From the NCBI GenBank assembly GCA_039621445.1, contig CP154954.1, positions 5,619,919-5,683,918 of the forward strand: 64,000 bases of DNA. The letters are read 5' to 3'. How positions within the stretch are numbered: position 1 is the first letter of the stretch; each line of letters begins with the position of its first letter. The notes under the pieces are model-generated. The model was not told the DNA's origin. It saw only the letters and a program-made list of their open reading frames with translations, and searched no databases. This document shows positions 12,713 to 24,215 of the stretch, in pieces. The DNA comes from Euglena gracilis (Eukaryota). The position numbers and the translations under genes were made by a program.

Positions 12713-13213
12713 TTATGTCAGAACCGTGGATTCCAGATTCGTATCCCCAGGTATCCGGAAAATTTTGCGGTTGGGGGGGGGTGAGTGGTGCTTGGGGATG
12801 AGGGGTAGGACAATGTCCAAAAAGCATCCCAAGTCACCACCGCACATGGGGGTGTTGTCAGCCGTCGTAATTTTGATCGGCTTCTTGGCTTTCACCAAGA
12901 GGGGGGTTGGTATCAACCCGAACCGAAAAAGTAGTGCAATGCGACAACCAGTGTCAATGATAATTTTGACTTTTGCACAAAAATTTTGGATTTTGATTTC
13001 CGCCTGGACTAAAAGTTCCATGGGGGGTAAGCAAAGCGAAGGGTCTGGCGAAAATACGTTTTCTTGCCAGCTTTCCCATGAACCCTTTCCTACTTGGCAC
13101 AACATTCCGAGCAGAAAGTTGGAGTGGGGGGTGGGGGACCCGAAAATTTTCCGGGTACCGACCAGAAAGGCAGATGGGCAGGGGGGGCAGGGTTGATCAG
13201 GTCCTACCTCCAT
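12713..13213 (-). pseudogene. Aspartic protease (copy B)
   Basis: IIDTG motif, with the same G9 frameshift as copy A. Confidence 0.85.
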
Positions 13214-13681
13214 CTGTTCATCAGCCCAGTGGTCCGTGCCCTCGGACCTCGGGCTCCCCTACTCCAGGTCCGAACCGGCCGAATAGCCGGCTATGGGCCT
13301 TTTAGAGGTATACACGGCTTTCAACGTGCGCACCGCCATGCGGGCCTCGTCGAAATCGGTATCCCTGGTCTCATCCCCCTCCCTGCCCGAAGCCGGGGTG
13401 TCATCCTCCAAACAAGATATCTTGAAACCGACTTTATGGCGGTTGGAGGAGTGACCCTTGTCACCGCGATTCATACCGCGATGACGTTGGCCAGGGCGGG
13501 GAGAACGAGAACGCGGACATTTGGATGAGTGGTGATCACGCGATCCACAAAGCGAACACCGAGATTTGTGTCGCGATTTTGGGAAACGGGGGGATCGGTT
13601 TCCCGATTTCCCGTCAAACCGCCGTGGTGACCGGGTATCCCGTCGACCATGACCGGTGTATCGGGGTTTTCCCGATGAGGA

Positions 13682-16600
13682 TCACGAAGAGGATGATCCG
13701 CTTCGCGAACGCGATCGCGATGCCTCGCGATGAGAATCACGCTTCTTGGCCGGGGCACCGGGTGACCTACCCCGAGGGGTACCGTGTTTCCGCTCATCGC
13801 GGAACGGGATCCGGGGGCTAATACCACCGGAACGGGGACCCGATGACCGTGAATTGCCCGATTGGCGTGAAAACGCGGAGGAACCCGAACCTTGTGATGA
13901 GGTCGAGCCTCGCGGACTCTGAATACGCTTACGCGCTTCAGGATTAGGACATTCCGGAGACATATGTCCCGATTTGTTGCACAAAAAGCACACTTTATGA
14001 GTGGCTTGGTCCGAAGAACGCGGGTATCGCGTTTTCGATCCCGTGGTGGGTGAAGTGGGTGAAACCGGTGATTTTTGCAATCCACTCACCGCACCAGCCG
14101 GTAATCCAGCGGTTGGGTGTGCGTTATACGCGGATTGAATCTGACCAAGAAGCTGTGATAGCTTCAATTGCTTGGAAACGTAGTTCCAGCGTTGGTCAAG
14201 AGTCATTGGATGACTCGCCAACACCTCACGATGGATATCCTTGATGAGGCTAGGCGTGAAATGCATGAGAACAGCGTCAAACTGTTCGCGCATTTGCTTT
14301 TCACTGAGTTCATCCACTTCAGCGGCAAGTCCTAACCATTTGGCATACCAAAGGTCAATGGACTTCCACTTCCGATCGGGTGGGGCGCATTGCCGCCACT
14401 TGGTCTCTAGGGTAATCCTAGCGACCAAACCTGAACTGGTGGAAGCATATTGCTCCACCAGGTCATCAAAGGAAACGCGGTAGCGAATGACAAGTTGTCG
14501 CGTGCGCTCCTTCTCATCCCTAGGGAGGCAATCGATGAGTTCCATCTTGATCACCTCCGGGTTTGTGTCCTGGGTTGGCCCTTTCAATGCCCAGTAATAC
14601 TCCCAGTCCCGGAAAAACTGTCTCCATGTAGTTGGATCACCGTCCCATTGGGGTTTCACCTTATTCGCGATTGCGATGGTGCCCTTGAAGTCTTTCTGAA
14701 AAACCCGTTGACCCTCGGTGGTATTCCGTGGATTCGGGCCCGGGTACGCTCGAGCACCAAGCGGATCCTTTCCGGATTCTTGTCGGAATCGCGAAATTTC
14801 TGGTGAAGGTGAATCCTGGTACCGGAAATCCGGTCGCAAACCCTGTTGGTCACCCGTAATAGGGAGACTCTCCGGTGTGGGGGTATGTCGCGCATGCAAC
14901 ATGTGACCCACCCCCGGTGTACGGGTTTGGCTCATTCCACGCACAAGCATGGAATGATGGATTTCTTGATGCAGACTTGGCGGAATCGCCGTGTTTTCCG
15001 CAAATTCGGTTCCCGTAATGGGAAATTCATCCGAAAACTGGGTTTGGGTTGTGGACAGGGCCAATGGTGGCACAATTCGCGGAATCGCGGATTGTGACAC
15101 TCGGGACACGGGTGGTGGTGGTGCATGTGCACCCAGAGTCGGGTTATGGAAACGCGACTCTGAAACATTTGGCGCATCTTCGGCAATGCATACGGCCGAA
15201 TTGCGGTGTGAAACCTGCTGTTGGTTGGACACAGTATCCAAACCCACAGACAAGTCATGCACACTTTGCTCCAAATGTTCAACGAGTTGGAGTTGGCCGC
15301 AACTACGGTCAACTTCATCCTCCAAAGCGCGAGTACGCTTGCGGTAACGGGAAAAGTCATCCAAGTGCGGAATCCTTTCGGAAATTCCGGTAACATCTTG
15401 GACAAGGTTCCCGTGAGACTTATCCAATAATTGGAGTTGTCCCATTAATGCTTTTACAGCATTCGAGAGAATCTGCAAAGGTGATGTCACCTTGGTTGGT
15501 GTGGTGGTGGGTGCAACCGGTGCAGGGTTATCCGACAACGCGGTTGTGGTACCCATGGGCAAATTTCCGGGTTGTGGCTTATCCAAAAACGCGGAAATTC
15601 GCTCATCCAACCTGGTAATCTCACTTTGCGTGGATCGGGCCTTCCGATTCACCGATTCCTCAAGCCGTAATAGGCTGTTGCAAAAATCTTGCAAGGTTTC
15701 CTGATTGCCGGTGAGCACTTTGTCATAAAATGCCTTGAAATCAGGGTTCTCGGTAATCCGAGAACTGGAACCTGCAGGCAAATACTGCATTTCCGTTACT
15801 TTGGTAGACACCGATGCATACCGGGTCTGGACTTCCCCAATAGCAGTCTGAATACCGCTAATGTCCGGAACTCGGTGGGAAAGTGCGGAATAGCTTTGTT
15901 GCCAACCCGCCATGGCCGAGTTAATCCCGCCAATGTCGGATTGCAACTGCAACTGCAGGGAATCCTGCCGTTGTGCTACTTCCGCTACTTTCGCGCTCAG
16001 ATTGGATAATCCAACCTGATTCGCGTCACAATAGCGGGTTTTCTGCTCCAAACGGGAAAGTCGCTCCTCCAACTGCCGCACATACCTGTGGGGAGCAAAA
16101 TTCTCGTTGGCTTGTGACTGGAATTGCCGAAACTTTTCCGTTTCATCGCACAACTGCATAATGCGGTGTTGCGATTCATGGAAAGTTGCGGACAATGTGG
16201 TGAAATGGTCCATAGACACAAATCCACCACTGTTTTTTGTTGCAGACGAGGAATCTCGTGCATGCAACTGTTGTTGCAAATGCAACAACGCGGATGAACA
16301 GGACTCCATTTGTCCCGATAACCGTTGTAGTGAGTCATGAAAGTGCAGAAACTTGGAGTCATTCCGCGTTTCCACTTCATGCCTGCATTCACTAATTAGC
16401 CGGAAGTTTTGCGGGAGTTGTTGGCACATTTTGTCAAAGGTTTCCCGAAAGTTTGCAAGGTCAACACCCGCACTTTCTAAATTCCTCTGGCAATATTTGC
16501 CAACTTCCTGCAAGTAATTCCAGCAGTATTCCAGCTTGGTGAAGACATGTTTTTTTTGGTTGTCCTCATCAAACTGGAGCACTTTGTTGAGTGCAGTTGC

Positions 16601-17185
16601 ACAATCTGCAACGCATTGTTGCACATGGTTGAACTGCCTCACAAGGGGGTGATCCCCTGGGAGCCGAGCAACGATATCCTGCACATCCTCAGCGGTAAGG
16701 AGCTCACCAGTGCCCTTCCCATAGCCATCCATGGGTTGGGACGTACCGGAGAATTCCGGTACCACTAGGCGAGTCTCCGGTTGCCAAGGTAGTGCGGGAT
16801 AGCACCCAAGATCGGGTGGTGGTGGCAAAGCTCTGTAAGGGCTTGCCGGTGGAAGAACGGGTGGTGGTTGAAAGAAACACGGGGTTTCCAGTCCACCATC
16901 ACCAGAGAAGCCCGGTGGCGGAATCACCACGGGTCTCTCCGGTGTGCGCAGCTGCACCATTGCCGCAGACAGAGGTGAATACCCCCGTTGTGGCAAGGTG
17001 AGTGCGGAAGAGGCCGCATTAGCCTCTGAAGCCAATGATGTGGAGGGCTCATCGCCGACCACTGTCAATGATGACAAATGTTGCAATCTTGACAATTGAA
17101 CCAATTGTGCCTCATCGGCGTGGGAACTGGAAGCACTTTCACATAAAAGCTTCCAATCCCCATTTTCTTGGTCAATGTCTTGCAA
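13682..17185 (-). CDS. gag: Gag (1167 aa; long coiled-coil N-terminus, capsid-like region, CCHC knuckle)
   Basis: WDGDPTTWRQFFRDWE capsid-like motif and CFLCNKSGHMSPEC. A second knuckle (CSLCGSRDHHSSKC) lies in frame beyond the TGA. Confidence 0.9.
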   Translation of the reverse strand: MQDIDQENGDWKLLCESASSSHADEAQLVQLSRLQHLSSLTVVGDEPSTSLASEANAASSALTLPQRGYSPLSAAMVQLRTPERPVVIPPPGFSGDGGLETPCFFQPPPVLPPASPYRALPPPPDLGCYPALPWQPETRLVVPEFSGTSQPMDGYGKGTGELLTAEDVQDIVARLPGDHPLVRQFNHVQQCVADCATALNKVLQFDEDNQKKHVFTKLEYCWNYLQEVGKYCQRNLESAGVDLANFRETFDKMCQQLPQNFRLISECRHEVETRNDSKFLHFHDSLQRLSGQMESCSSALLHLQQQLHARDSSSATKNSGGFVSMDHFTTLSATFHESQHRIMQLCDETEKFRQFQSQANENFAPHRYVRQLEERLSRLEQKTRYCDANQVGLSNLSAKVAEVAQRQDSLQLQLQSDIGGINSAMAGWQQSYSALSHRVPDISGIQTAIGEVQTRYASVSTKVTEMQYLPAGSSSRITENPDFKAFYDKVLTGNQETLQDFCNSLLRLEESVNRKARSTQSEITRLDERISAFLDKPQPGNLPMGTTTALSDNPAPVAPTTTPTKVTSPLQILSNAVKALMGQLQLLDKSHGNLVQDVTGISERIPHLDDFSRYRKRTRALEDEVDRSCGQLQLVEHLEQSVHDLSVGLDTVSNQQQVSHRNSAVCIAEDAPNVSESRFHNPTLGAHAPPPPVSRVSQSAIPRIVPPLALSTTQTQFSDEFPITGTEFAENTAIPPSLHQEIHHSMLVRGMSQTRTPGVGHMLHARHTPTPESLPITGDQQGLRPDFRYQDSPSPEISRFRQESGKDPLGARAYPGPNPRNTTEGQRVFQKDFKGTIAIANKVKPQWDGDPTTWRQFFRDWEYYWALKGPTQDTNPEVIKMELIDCLPRDEKERTRQLVIRYRVSFDDLVEQYASTSSGLVARITLETKWRQCAPPDRKWKSIDLWYAKWLGLAAEVDELSEKQMREQFDAVLMHFTPSLIKDIHREVLASHPMTLDQRWNYVSKQLKLSQLLGQIQSAYNAHPTAGLPAGAVSGLQKSPVSPTSPTTGSKTRYPRSSDQATHKVCFLCNKSGHMSPECPNPEARKRIQSPRGSTSSQGSGSSAFSRQSGNSRSSGPRSGGISPRIPFRDERKHGTPRGRSPGAPAKKRDSHREASRSRSRSGSSSS

Positions 17186-17191
17186 TGATGC

Positions 17192-18202
17192 CTAGGATCG
17201 AACAAATCTGCTACCAAGTGTAATACCTGGTAGCCTTTCTTTCTGTGAAGTATGTGTAGGATCGTAACCAATCTGCTACCAAGTGTACATCTGATTCCCA
17301 ATTCTCCTTTACCAATTCCCAAAAGCCTTCTCTTTCGCCTTAGCGCACCTACTTGGGAACTGAAAATCAGAGTAACAGAAAAATCCCTTTTCCCACTTCC
17401 CAAGAAGCAAAGCACAGAGCAATGCAGGGAGGACGGACTGGATCACCAAGTCCGGTCCGATGGAAAGGAAGGAAAAGGTATAAAGAAGAATACCACCTGT
17501 GGAGAGAGAAGGGGCACCCATTAGGAGATCCTAATAGGATCTGCTTCCATCCTAACTTCCTCAACGGAAGGGGACGGAAGCATACGCCTGGTACACAGTA
17601 TCCGCCTCAGAGTCAAATGTGCCTATCGGCACTAGTGCGAGATCTCGCCGGGGGGAATAGGTGTTAGCCGATCGGCTTTCCAACAGAAGAAGTTGTGCCT
17701 GTTGGGCATTGGGTTGCTCTATAGAGCTTCACACCGATAGGTGTGGGAGTGCCCATTGGGCGGGGGGAGGATTACTCGACACAGATACCGATAGGTGTGA
17801 CGCACGCGGGGAAGGAGGATTACCTATGAAATGAGTCAATGCTTGATTACCCCTATGGGGTTGTGAATGCTCAATAGAGCTGGTCAACGATGCCGCAGGT
17901 TCATTGCAGCGTAGTCAATTGGCGTTGTGCTCTGCATTTTTAAAGGAAAAATGCGAAAACCAAGTGTGAATTGTGGTGTAAAATGCAGAAACAAGTGCAA
18001 AAAGAGGGAAAAGTATAAAAAGTAAGCAGGGACCCGAACTCTGAGGTTTGAAGCATCGTATACTGCGAACCGTCAGAGGACGTGTCCGTGCGTACGGCTT
18101 TGGCCGGAAACGGCTTGTAGTGCCTGTGATCGCCTATGGCGGGGCACCACACGACCGTTTGCGGTCAAAAGGATCGAAAAACCTAAACTGCTACCAAGTG
18201 TA
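17192..18202 (-). promoter_or_regulatory. Three tRNA-iMet-like primer binding sites (~17208-17222, ~17273-17287, ~18188-18202)
   Basis: Plus strand GGATCG(n)CTGCTACCAAGTGTA occurs three times. Minus strand reads TACA-CT-TGGTAGCAG, i.e. LTR end plus PBS. Confidence 0.7.
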
Positions 18203-19209
18203 CGTCCAACCTTTCCTCGCTTTCGCCCTTTGGTGTGCAAAAAAAGGTAAAAGTTGGAGTAACAGCTAAAATTGAAAAGAATAATATAAAAGTTGTTCGC
18301 CCTTTTCCCTAATTAAGAGGCAGAGCACAAGACAGGGGAGAAGCCCTATGGGCTACGACAAGGAAAAGTGCCAAGTGACTTGGCTGTCCTTTCAGGACGT
18401 CAAATGAGAAAAATCAAACTTGGAAATCAAGTCTTGAATGAAACATCAGAATGAAATAAAATACAACCTGTGGAGAGGAGAACCAGAATAATTGACAGCA
18501 GGATTAGGTATTCCTAATTCAGGCCGTTGTTGGCCATCTGTAGGATGGCTGGTACACAGTTAGGCACTCTTCTAAAGTCTTGGGAAGCAGAAGTTTTCAA
18601 TGCTCAGGTCCATCAAGAAACATTTACTCCGACTCCGGCCCAGGGCCTTTGCAGGCCATTGGAGCAAAATGATGTAATAGGTCGAAATGGTGTCCTAGGG
18701 GGGCCTTTGCAGGCCCATGGTCATTGCAGGACACTGGGGTAAAATGGTGTCACAGGGAGGTTGGGGTGGCAAAATGTGTCTGAACGAAAAGGTATCAGCA
18801 GGTGAACTGAGTTTTCTTTGTGGACACAGGTTTTCATTGGAACTTTCAAACAAAGCAACAATAAATGCACAGAAATGGAATGCAAATAGGTTCCAGGTGA
18901 CAAAGGGGGACAGACAACCGATGTTGGTGCAACCAGTGGCCCAAAAACTGGCAAAGAGAAACAGAATTGGGAAATGATGTCTGATAGATGATGTGAGACA
19001 ACTGGGGTGAAGATGGAAGACACCTTTTGAAAACAATCTGGGGGGTTGGTGGAAGATGTCAGCACCAAAAGGTCTCTTTGCATGCAAATGGAAAGACTGA
19101 TGTAGGGTTGGTGATGAGGGTGGGTATGAGAAGAATGCAGGAACCTTTGCAAAGCCAGAGATTGGTTGGATCCATGGTGGGTTTGCAGTGGTTGGACATG
19201 GTAGAAGGG

Positions 19210-19720
19210 GCAGCATGAACATGGCACTGTGCATAGCAGCAGTCTGCAGAATGTGCAATGTCATGCTAGATAGTACTTTTCCATGTTCTGCAACACAAAT
19301 TGTAGAATTGCGAATAGCCTATCCTTTCTCGGGTTTGCCTCCCTGCCTGTCGGCCTACTTAAACCCTCCCATGGGAACAGAACCAGGAGAGTAACAGAAA
19401 TAAAAGTCTTTCACTTAACTATTAGTTTTTAGTGCCTTTGGGCTTATGCAGAGCACAAGGTAAACCAGGTGTTATTTTGGAACCTCAGTTCCAGTAGTCT
19501 TCTCCTATCGGAGTTCAAATCTTCAAATCTTGGTTTGCCCTTTCAGGCCAATGAAGCGCGAAACAAAATAATACCACCTGTGAATAGGGAGGCAAATATG
19601 AGATAGGATAGGCTATTCCTAATTCTGCAATTTGTGTTGCAGAACATGGAATAGTACTATCTAGCATGACGTTGTACATTCTGCAGACTGCTTTTATGCA
19701 TAGTGTCATGTTCATGCTGC
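19210..19720. repeat. Inverted repeat, ~120-bp arms (19210-19330 / 19600-19720)
   Basis: GCAGCATGAACATGGCACT...GCCTATCCT is matched by its reverse complement AGGATAGGC...GTTCATGCTGC. Confidence 0.85.
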
Positions 19721-19758
19721 CTGTGTGCCAGTGTGCAGTGATTGGGGGGTCACTGTTG

Positions 19759-19945
19759 GAGGGGGCCTTTTCAGGCCCATAGCCTTTTTTTGCCACTGGC
19801 TGGTTTGAGGGGGCCTTTTCAGGCCAAGAGACTGGGGGGGGGGCTTTTCAGGCCCAGTGGGTGGAGGGGCCTTTTCAGGCCCATTAGCAGGCCCAGGGCC
19901 TTTTCAGGCAAGAGGCGGGGTTGAGGGGGCCTTTTGATGCCCAAT
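19759..19945. repeat. Short tandem repeat GGGGCCTTTTCAGGCCCA
   Basis: About 6-7 degenerate copies, with related copies at 18640-18720. Confidence 0.8.
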
Positions 19946-20374
19946 ACAGCCCATAGCAGCATGGGGAAGTTCTGCAGCATCAAGACCAAAAAGGGCTGAG
20001 AAGCCCAAGAACTTCAACCGCACGTTGAACTGCTCGAGCTGGAGTTCTTGTATGTCTTGTCTTGAGCTTGTACTTGTGCTTGACTTCTATTTCTGCCTGC
20101 ACCAGCAGGACTTCTTCTGCCTGCACCAGCAGGACTTGTAAGTAACTTCGATGATATTTGAACTCTTAACTTGGATATTGACCCCACCTGGGGCTTTCAA
20201 TTGTCCGCCATGTATTATGCGAAAAAAATAGACACTCAGAAAGTGCTTGTGGAGCTACACTCCGCCATGGGACACTAGCCCTAGGGGGAAGTTCCGATGG
20301 CGCCGAAGTGGAAATCAGCAACCAGAGGCTTGACCCTGGCGTGCCTGATGGGTAAGGGCCGGTGAACCATCGGT

Positions 20375-22256
20375 TCAACAAAGGTTGCCTACCTGACCTG
20401 TCACGATTAAACCATTGCGGCTTCGGCCGAGCAGTAACACTAAGGACAAGCAACCCCTATCAAGCACGCCATCGCCAAGCGTCAGGAGCTGAGGCAAGGC
20501 GAACAATGATGGGCAGCCCAAGCCACCATTTGAGCCCAAGACATTACTCATCACTTGAGAAGACTGTGTGTGGAGCCGGTGAGGGAGGAGAGGCCATCCA
20601 GCCATGACCAATTCCTGAGGACTGTTCCAAAAGGCGGGCTTGGTCCCGTGGCTTGCATTGATTAATCAGGTTGTCCATTGTGGTTTTGCCTATTTCTTTG
20701 GACCACCATTTTTGGGACTGCTCATCTTTTCCTGCGGTCTGGGTTGTTGCCAGGTTTCCTAGCAGTCTCGGGGCTGTCGGATGGTTGGGTAGGGCAGCAC
20801 ACAGTTCTCTCACTGGTGGCTCAATGAGATCTGCCACGGGACTTCTTGCCTATTGGGGCAGACCAATTTTCCGATGCCCTTCAGTGTAGAAAGCACAAAG
20901 TACTACTATACGGGCCGCTGCTTGGTTGTGTGAGGGGACGCGCAGCCCACATCCTCCTTTAGAGAGTGGTAGTGCTGCTTGCAGTCTCCGTGTCGTGTTC
21001 AGTGCGACTCCCACCACGTCCTCAAAGGCTTGTAAGATGACTTCGGAGGACCGATTGACTGCTTCCTGGCAGAGGTAGCTGTTGGAGCCGCGAAGTAGGT
21101 GGTTGACTTTGCATCCGTCAAGACATGAGCGTAGGAGGTGATGAGAGATTTGGGCATCCGTCATTCTGGTAACATTGTCTGCTGCGTGTTCGATTTTTTC
21201 TGTGGCGCAGTCCCATGCTTCTGCTGTTTTGTGGTGGCTTGTGGGGAAGTCCACGGGTACCTCCAGTACCGTGATACCTGAATCTTTTTCCCACGGAATC
21301 AGGGTCATTTCTGGTGCAGAGGTGATTGAATTGACGGCTGGCCCCCAGACCACACACTTCTGGAGGTTCAATTGTAACCCGCAGCGTGTGGCCTCACCCT
21401 GGAGGAAGGAGATGACTTTCTGCAGTTTGTCAGGCTGTCCCACCATGATGCCATCATCCATGTACCAGGAACTCCAGAGTAATTCTGCGTTGTTTGTGGT
21501 GGTTTCGGCTGCAGGCCGATGCAGAAGCCGACGGGGCCCAGTGGGCAGCCCAGTGCCGCAACGGGACCAAAGGACTTTGCCAGCGCAGAAAAGGGGGGCG
21601 GGGTTCTTGTATGCGAAGTCGAGATAATTGAAGAGGCAGGGTGTCCTGGTAGTTGCCTCCAACAAAAGGTGTGACCTGTCCATGCAATTGAAGGCATTGG
21701 AGAAATCCAACTGCAGGCTTGCCCAATTTCCGGTTGGGTCGAGTTTGTGCACCAGGTGTTGGAAGCCAATCGCAACTGATTCTGCAGCGATCGTGACCCT
21801 TACCCCGACTTGTATGGGTTGGAGCTTGCTCACCTGGTCTTTAGCCGTGCCTGTTGCCAATAGGGCTTTGCCAATCAATCTCCGTATGGTTTCGCCCACT
21901 GCCACCGGTCTGACCCCATCATCCTTTTTCCGGAGGGGTGTGAGGTTGGCACCGCACCAGAACGAGGAGTGTGCTGAGGGGAGGTCCCCATTAACCCAGG
22001 TGTTGGTGAGCTTGGCGAGAGCTGAGATCAGATGTGCCCCTCTACCTGGGCGCTTGATTGCGTCTTGCAGGTGAATGGGACGAAGCCCACAGGGTCCTGG
22101 GGCTGACGTACGCGGGAATTTCAGGATGTTCCAATGTAATTGATTGTCCATCCTGGAACGGTGTGATTTTCTTTTAACCGTGCCCCGGGCCCAGGGAAAC
22201 GTCTCTTTTGGCCCTCGCCACAAGGAGAACCTCCTCATGACTCCCTGTGCGTTCAC
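20375..22256 (-). mobile_element. Decayed non-LTR retrotransposon, CRE-like RT
   Basis: SAPGPCGLR, LTPLRKKDDGVRPVAVGETIRRL, PIQVGV, LDFSNAFN, YMDDG, LPLSKGGCGLR, and downstream GWMASP...LKWWLGLP. Contains stops and small deletions. Confidence 0.88.
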
Positions 22257-22708
22257 AGGTCAGCAGTAGCTATACTGAGGGGTTTACAAAGAGGTGTTCG
22301 GTGACTGGGTGAGAGGTGAGTGGAAAATTTTCTTTTGCTTTTCACGCAATTCCGAATTTTCGCGTGAATTTGCGCACATGACAAAAAGAAAAGTTCACCA
22401 CCCCATTTGAGTCGAATTCTGGGTCCAACCACGCCTCCCATCAGTTATTTCATTTCCAGAGAATCGGTCAAATTTCACATGCACTGAAATTTGATGTTTG
22501 ATGGCAGTTGTTTTAAACTTGGACCAGTCTGGTTTGCAACAGGGGGACCTTGGGGTTTTCTGGATTTTTTTGCTTCAAACCAAAGGGTCCAGTGATTCTG
22601 TTTTTCCCATTCTCAACACTTGCCCATTAATATTTAGCACAATTGTTGAAGTTGTCTAAGTTAGTTCCAAATTCAACTTCTTCGCCAGTGGTTTTTTTCC
22701 AGAGAAAA

Positions 22709-23065
22709 ATGATCGGTCACGCCCTGCAAGCCGCCACCGGCCGACGTGAGCACCACCCTGCTTTGGTTATGTACCTTCTCACCATCCTTCTCCTCTGTCT
22801 TGCCATCCTCCTGGGGTTCATTGCGCTGTTTGTTCCCTGGGTTCAAATGGATGCCGCCATCGGCACCCGTGTCTTTTCGTACCCATTCAAGACGTGCTAT
22901 GTTCAAACCTTCAGCCCTGTGCATCAGCAGACTTGCATGGACAACGACTTCATCGTCGGCCCCAAGGGTGCCCCCTTGACCGGAGGAAACAACACGTGCA
23001 AGCAATTCCTCCTTGTTGCGATCGCCCTTGGGTTCGTTGGCTTCCTTATTGCACTTCTGACAAGG
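22709..23065 (+). CDS. Exon 1 of an amastin/claudin-like tetraspan membrane protein
   Basis: ATG preceded by TTTTTTTCCAG. TM1 (YLLTILLLCLAILLGFIALFVPW), Cys-containing loop, TM2, then a GT at 23066 where coding-like codon usage ends. Confidence 0.7.
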
Positions 23066-23651
23066 GTTTCGGCTCTCATACTCATACTCTTTCACGCACT
23101 CAGTCGATCCACACCAAAACCACTCGATTTACACCCTTTCTTCCCCCTATGCTTTGACGTCATAAAGCACAGATGATGTTGACCTTATGACGTCATTCCT
23201 CAGCTGCACACTCCTGTATGACGTCACACGGTTCCAATTGAACAAGGCGGAATAGGGTGTGGATGGACTTATGAAATTGATGCACAGGCATGAGACATGG
23301 AGGTCGGTCTGACCAGGTCGGCCCGTCCTCCACTTTTTCTTTTGATTGGTTCAAAATGAAAGGAACCACAGCGTTCAAACAAAAACTTCCAAAAATGGCC
23401 AAAAAAAGCCAGCTCCATAAATCCTGGCAGAAGTCCTGGCATCATAGACTGAAAATATTTTGGAAACAAGATTCTGGGTGATACTGCGGGAACAGATGGG
23501 AAATTTTGTTTTTGAACCCTTTTCCGGGAAACCAACCCTCCAGAGCCCAACTCCTCACGGTTCCAGAGCGGCTCGGTGTTTGAACCGGTCCAAAATCCAT
23601 GTTTCTTTTCCCATCCATGTTTCATTTTAGGGAGCATTTGTGGAGCACTTT

Positions 23652-23814
23652 GGGTACCCCTTCGTTAAACGACCCCCACCGAAAATTTTCAAGTTGGATG
23701 GGTTATTTGAGGAGTAGGGTTAGGGCAACATGGCCATGTTGCCCTAACCCTACCTCCTTCAAATAACCCAATGATAACCCATTTGGGTGGGGGTCGTTTA
23801 GCGAAGGAGTACCC
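23652..23814. mobile_element. Palindromic MITE containing telomere-like repeats
   Basis: TIR GGGTACCCCTTCGTTAAACGACCCCCACC / GGTGGGGGTCGTTTAGCGAAGGAGTACCC, ACTTT on both flanks, internal palindrome TAGGGTTAGGGCAACATGGCCATGTTGCCCTAACCCTA. Confidence 0.8.
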
Positions 23815-23895
23815 ACTTTTGTTACTCCTTCGCTAAACGACCCCCACCCAGAATTTTACAAGTCGGCCTTGGAAAAGAATAAAAAGAAAAACAGG

Positions 23896-23958
23896 GGGTT
23901 AGGAGTAGGGTTAGGGTTCGGGTTGGGTCAGGGTCAGGGTGGGGTTAGGGTCAGGGTG
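23896..23958 (+). repeat. Degenerate interstitial telomere-like (TTAGGG/TCAGGG)n
   Basis: GGGTTAGGAGTAGGGTTAGGGTTCGGGTTGGGTCAGGGTCAGGG... Confidence 0.7.
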
Positions 23959-23969
23959 CATCACACAAT

Positions 23970-24215
23970 AAAGTGATAAATTGGCCCCTACAGGGTACCA
24001 GCTACCCCAAAGACCCGCCCAACCAGGGTTAATACACATGGGTGGACCCTCGCTCTGCGCCTTCGGCGCCTTGCTCGGGTCCACCCATGTTTTTAACCTT
24101 GGTTGGGCGGCTCTTTGGGTTCGCTAGAGGCCAATATAACGAAGCTGAGTGGGAATGGTTCAACTGTTTGCATGAGACTCTTAACCCCAACCCTACTCCT
24201 TTAAATTCCGTCATA
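23970..24215. repeat. Dispersed repeat; inverted copy at ~30600-30853
   Basis: Shared hairpin core GGACCCTCGCTC-GCGCCTTCGGCGCC-GCTCGGGTCC and shared flanks in opposite orientation. Confidence 0.75.

Larger units (their letters stand above)
5905..18200 (-). mobile_element. Ty3/Gypsy chromovirus family 1, copy B (PBS-gag-PR-MTase-RT-RH-IN-chromodomain-extra ORF; 3' LTR lost in the gap, 5' LTR limits uncertain)
   Basis: Gypsy domain order RT-RH-IN with a C-terminal chromodomain, and tRNA-iMet-like PBS motifs upstream of gag. Confidence 0.93.

Noticed and set aside
17190-17290. tRNA gene
   Set aside because: Only the 3' ~25 nt of a tRNA-iMet-like sequence, including CCA, are present. This fits a primer binding site, not a cloverleaf gene.
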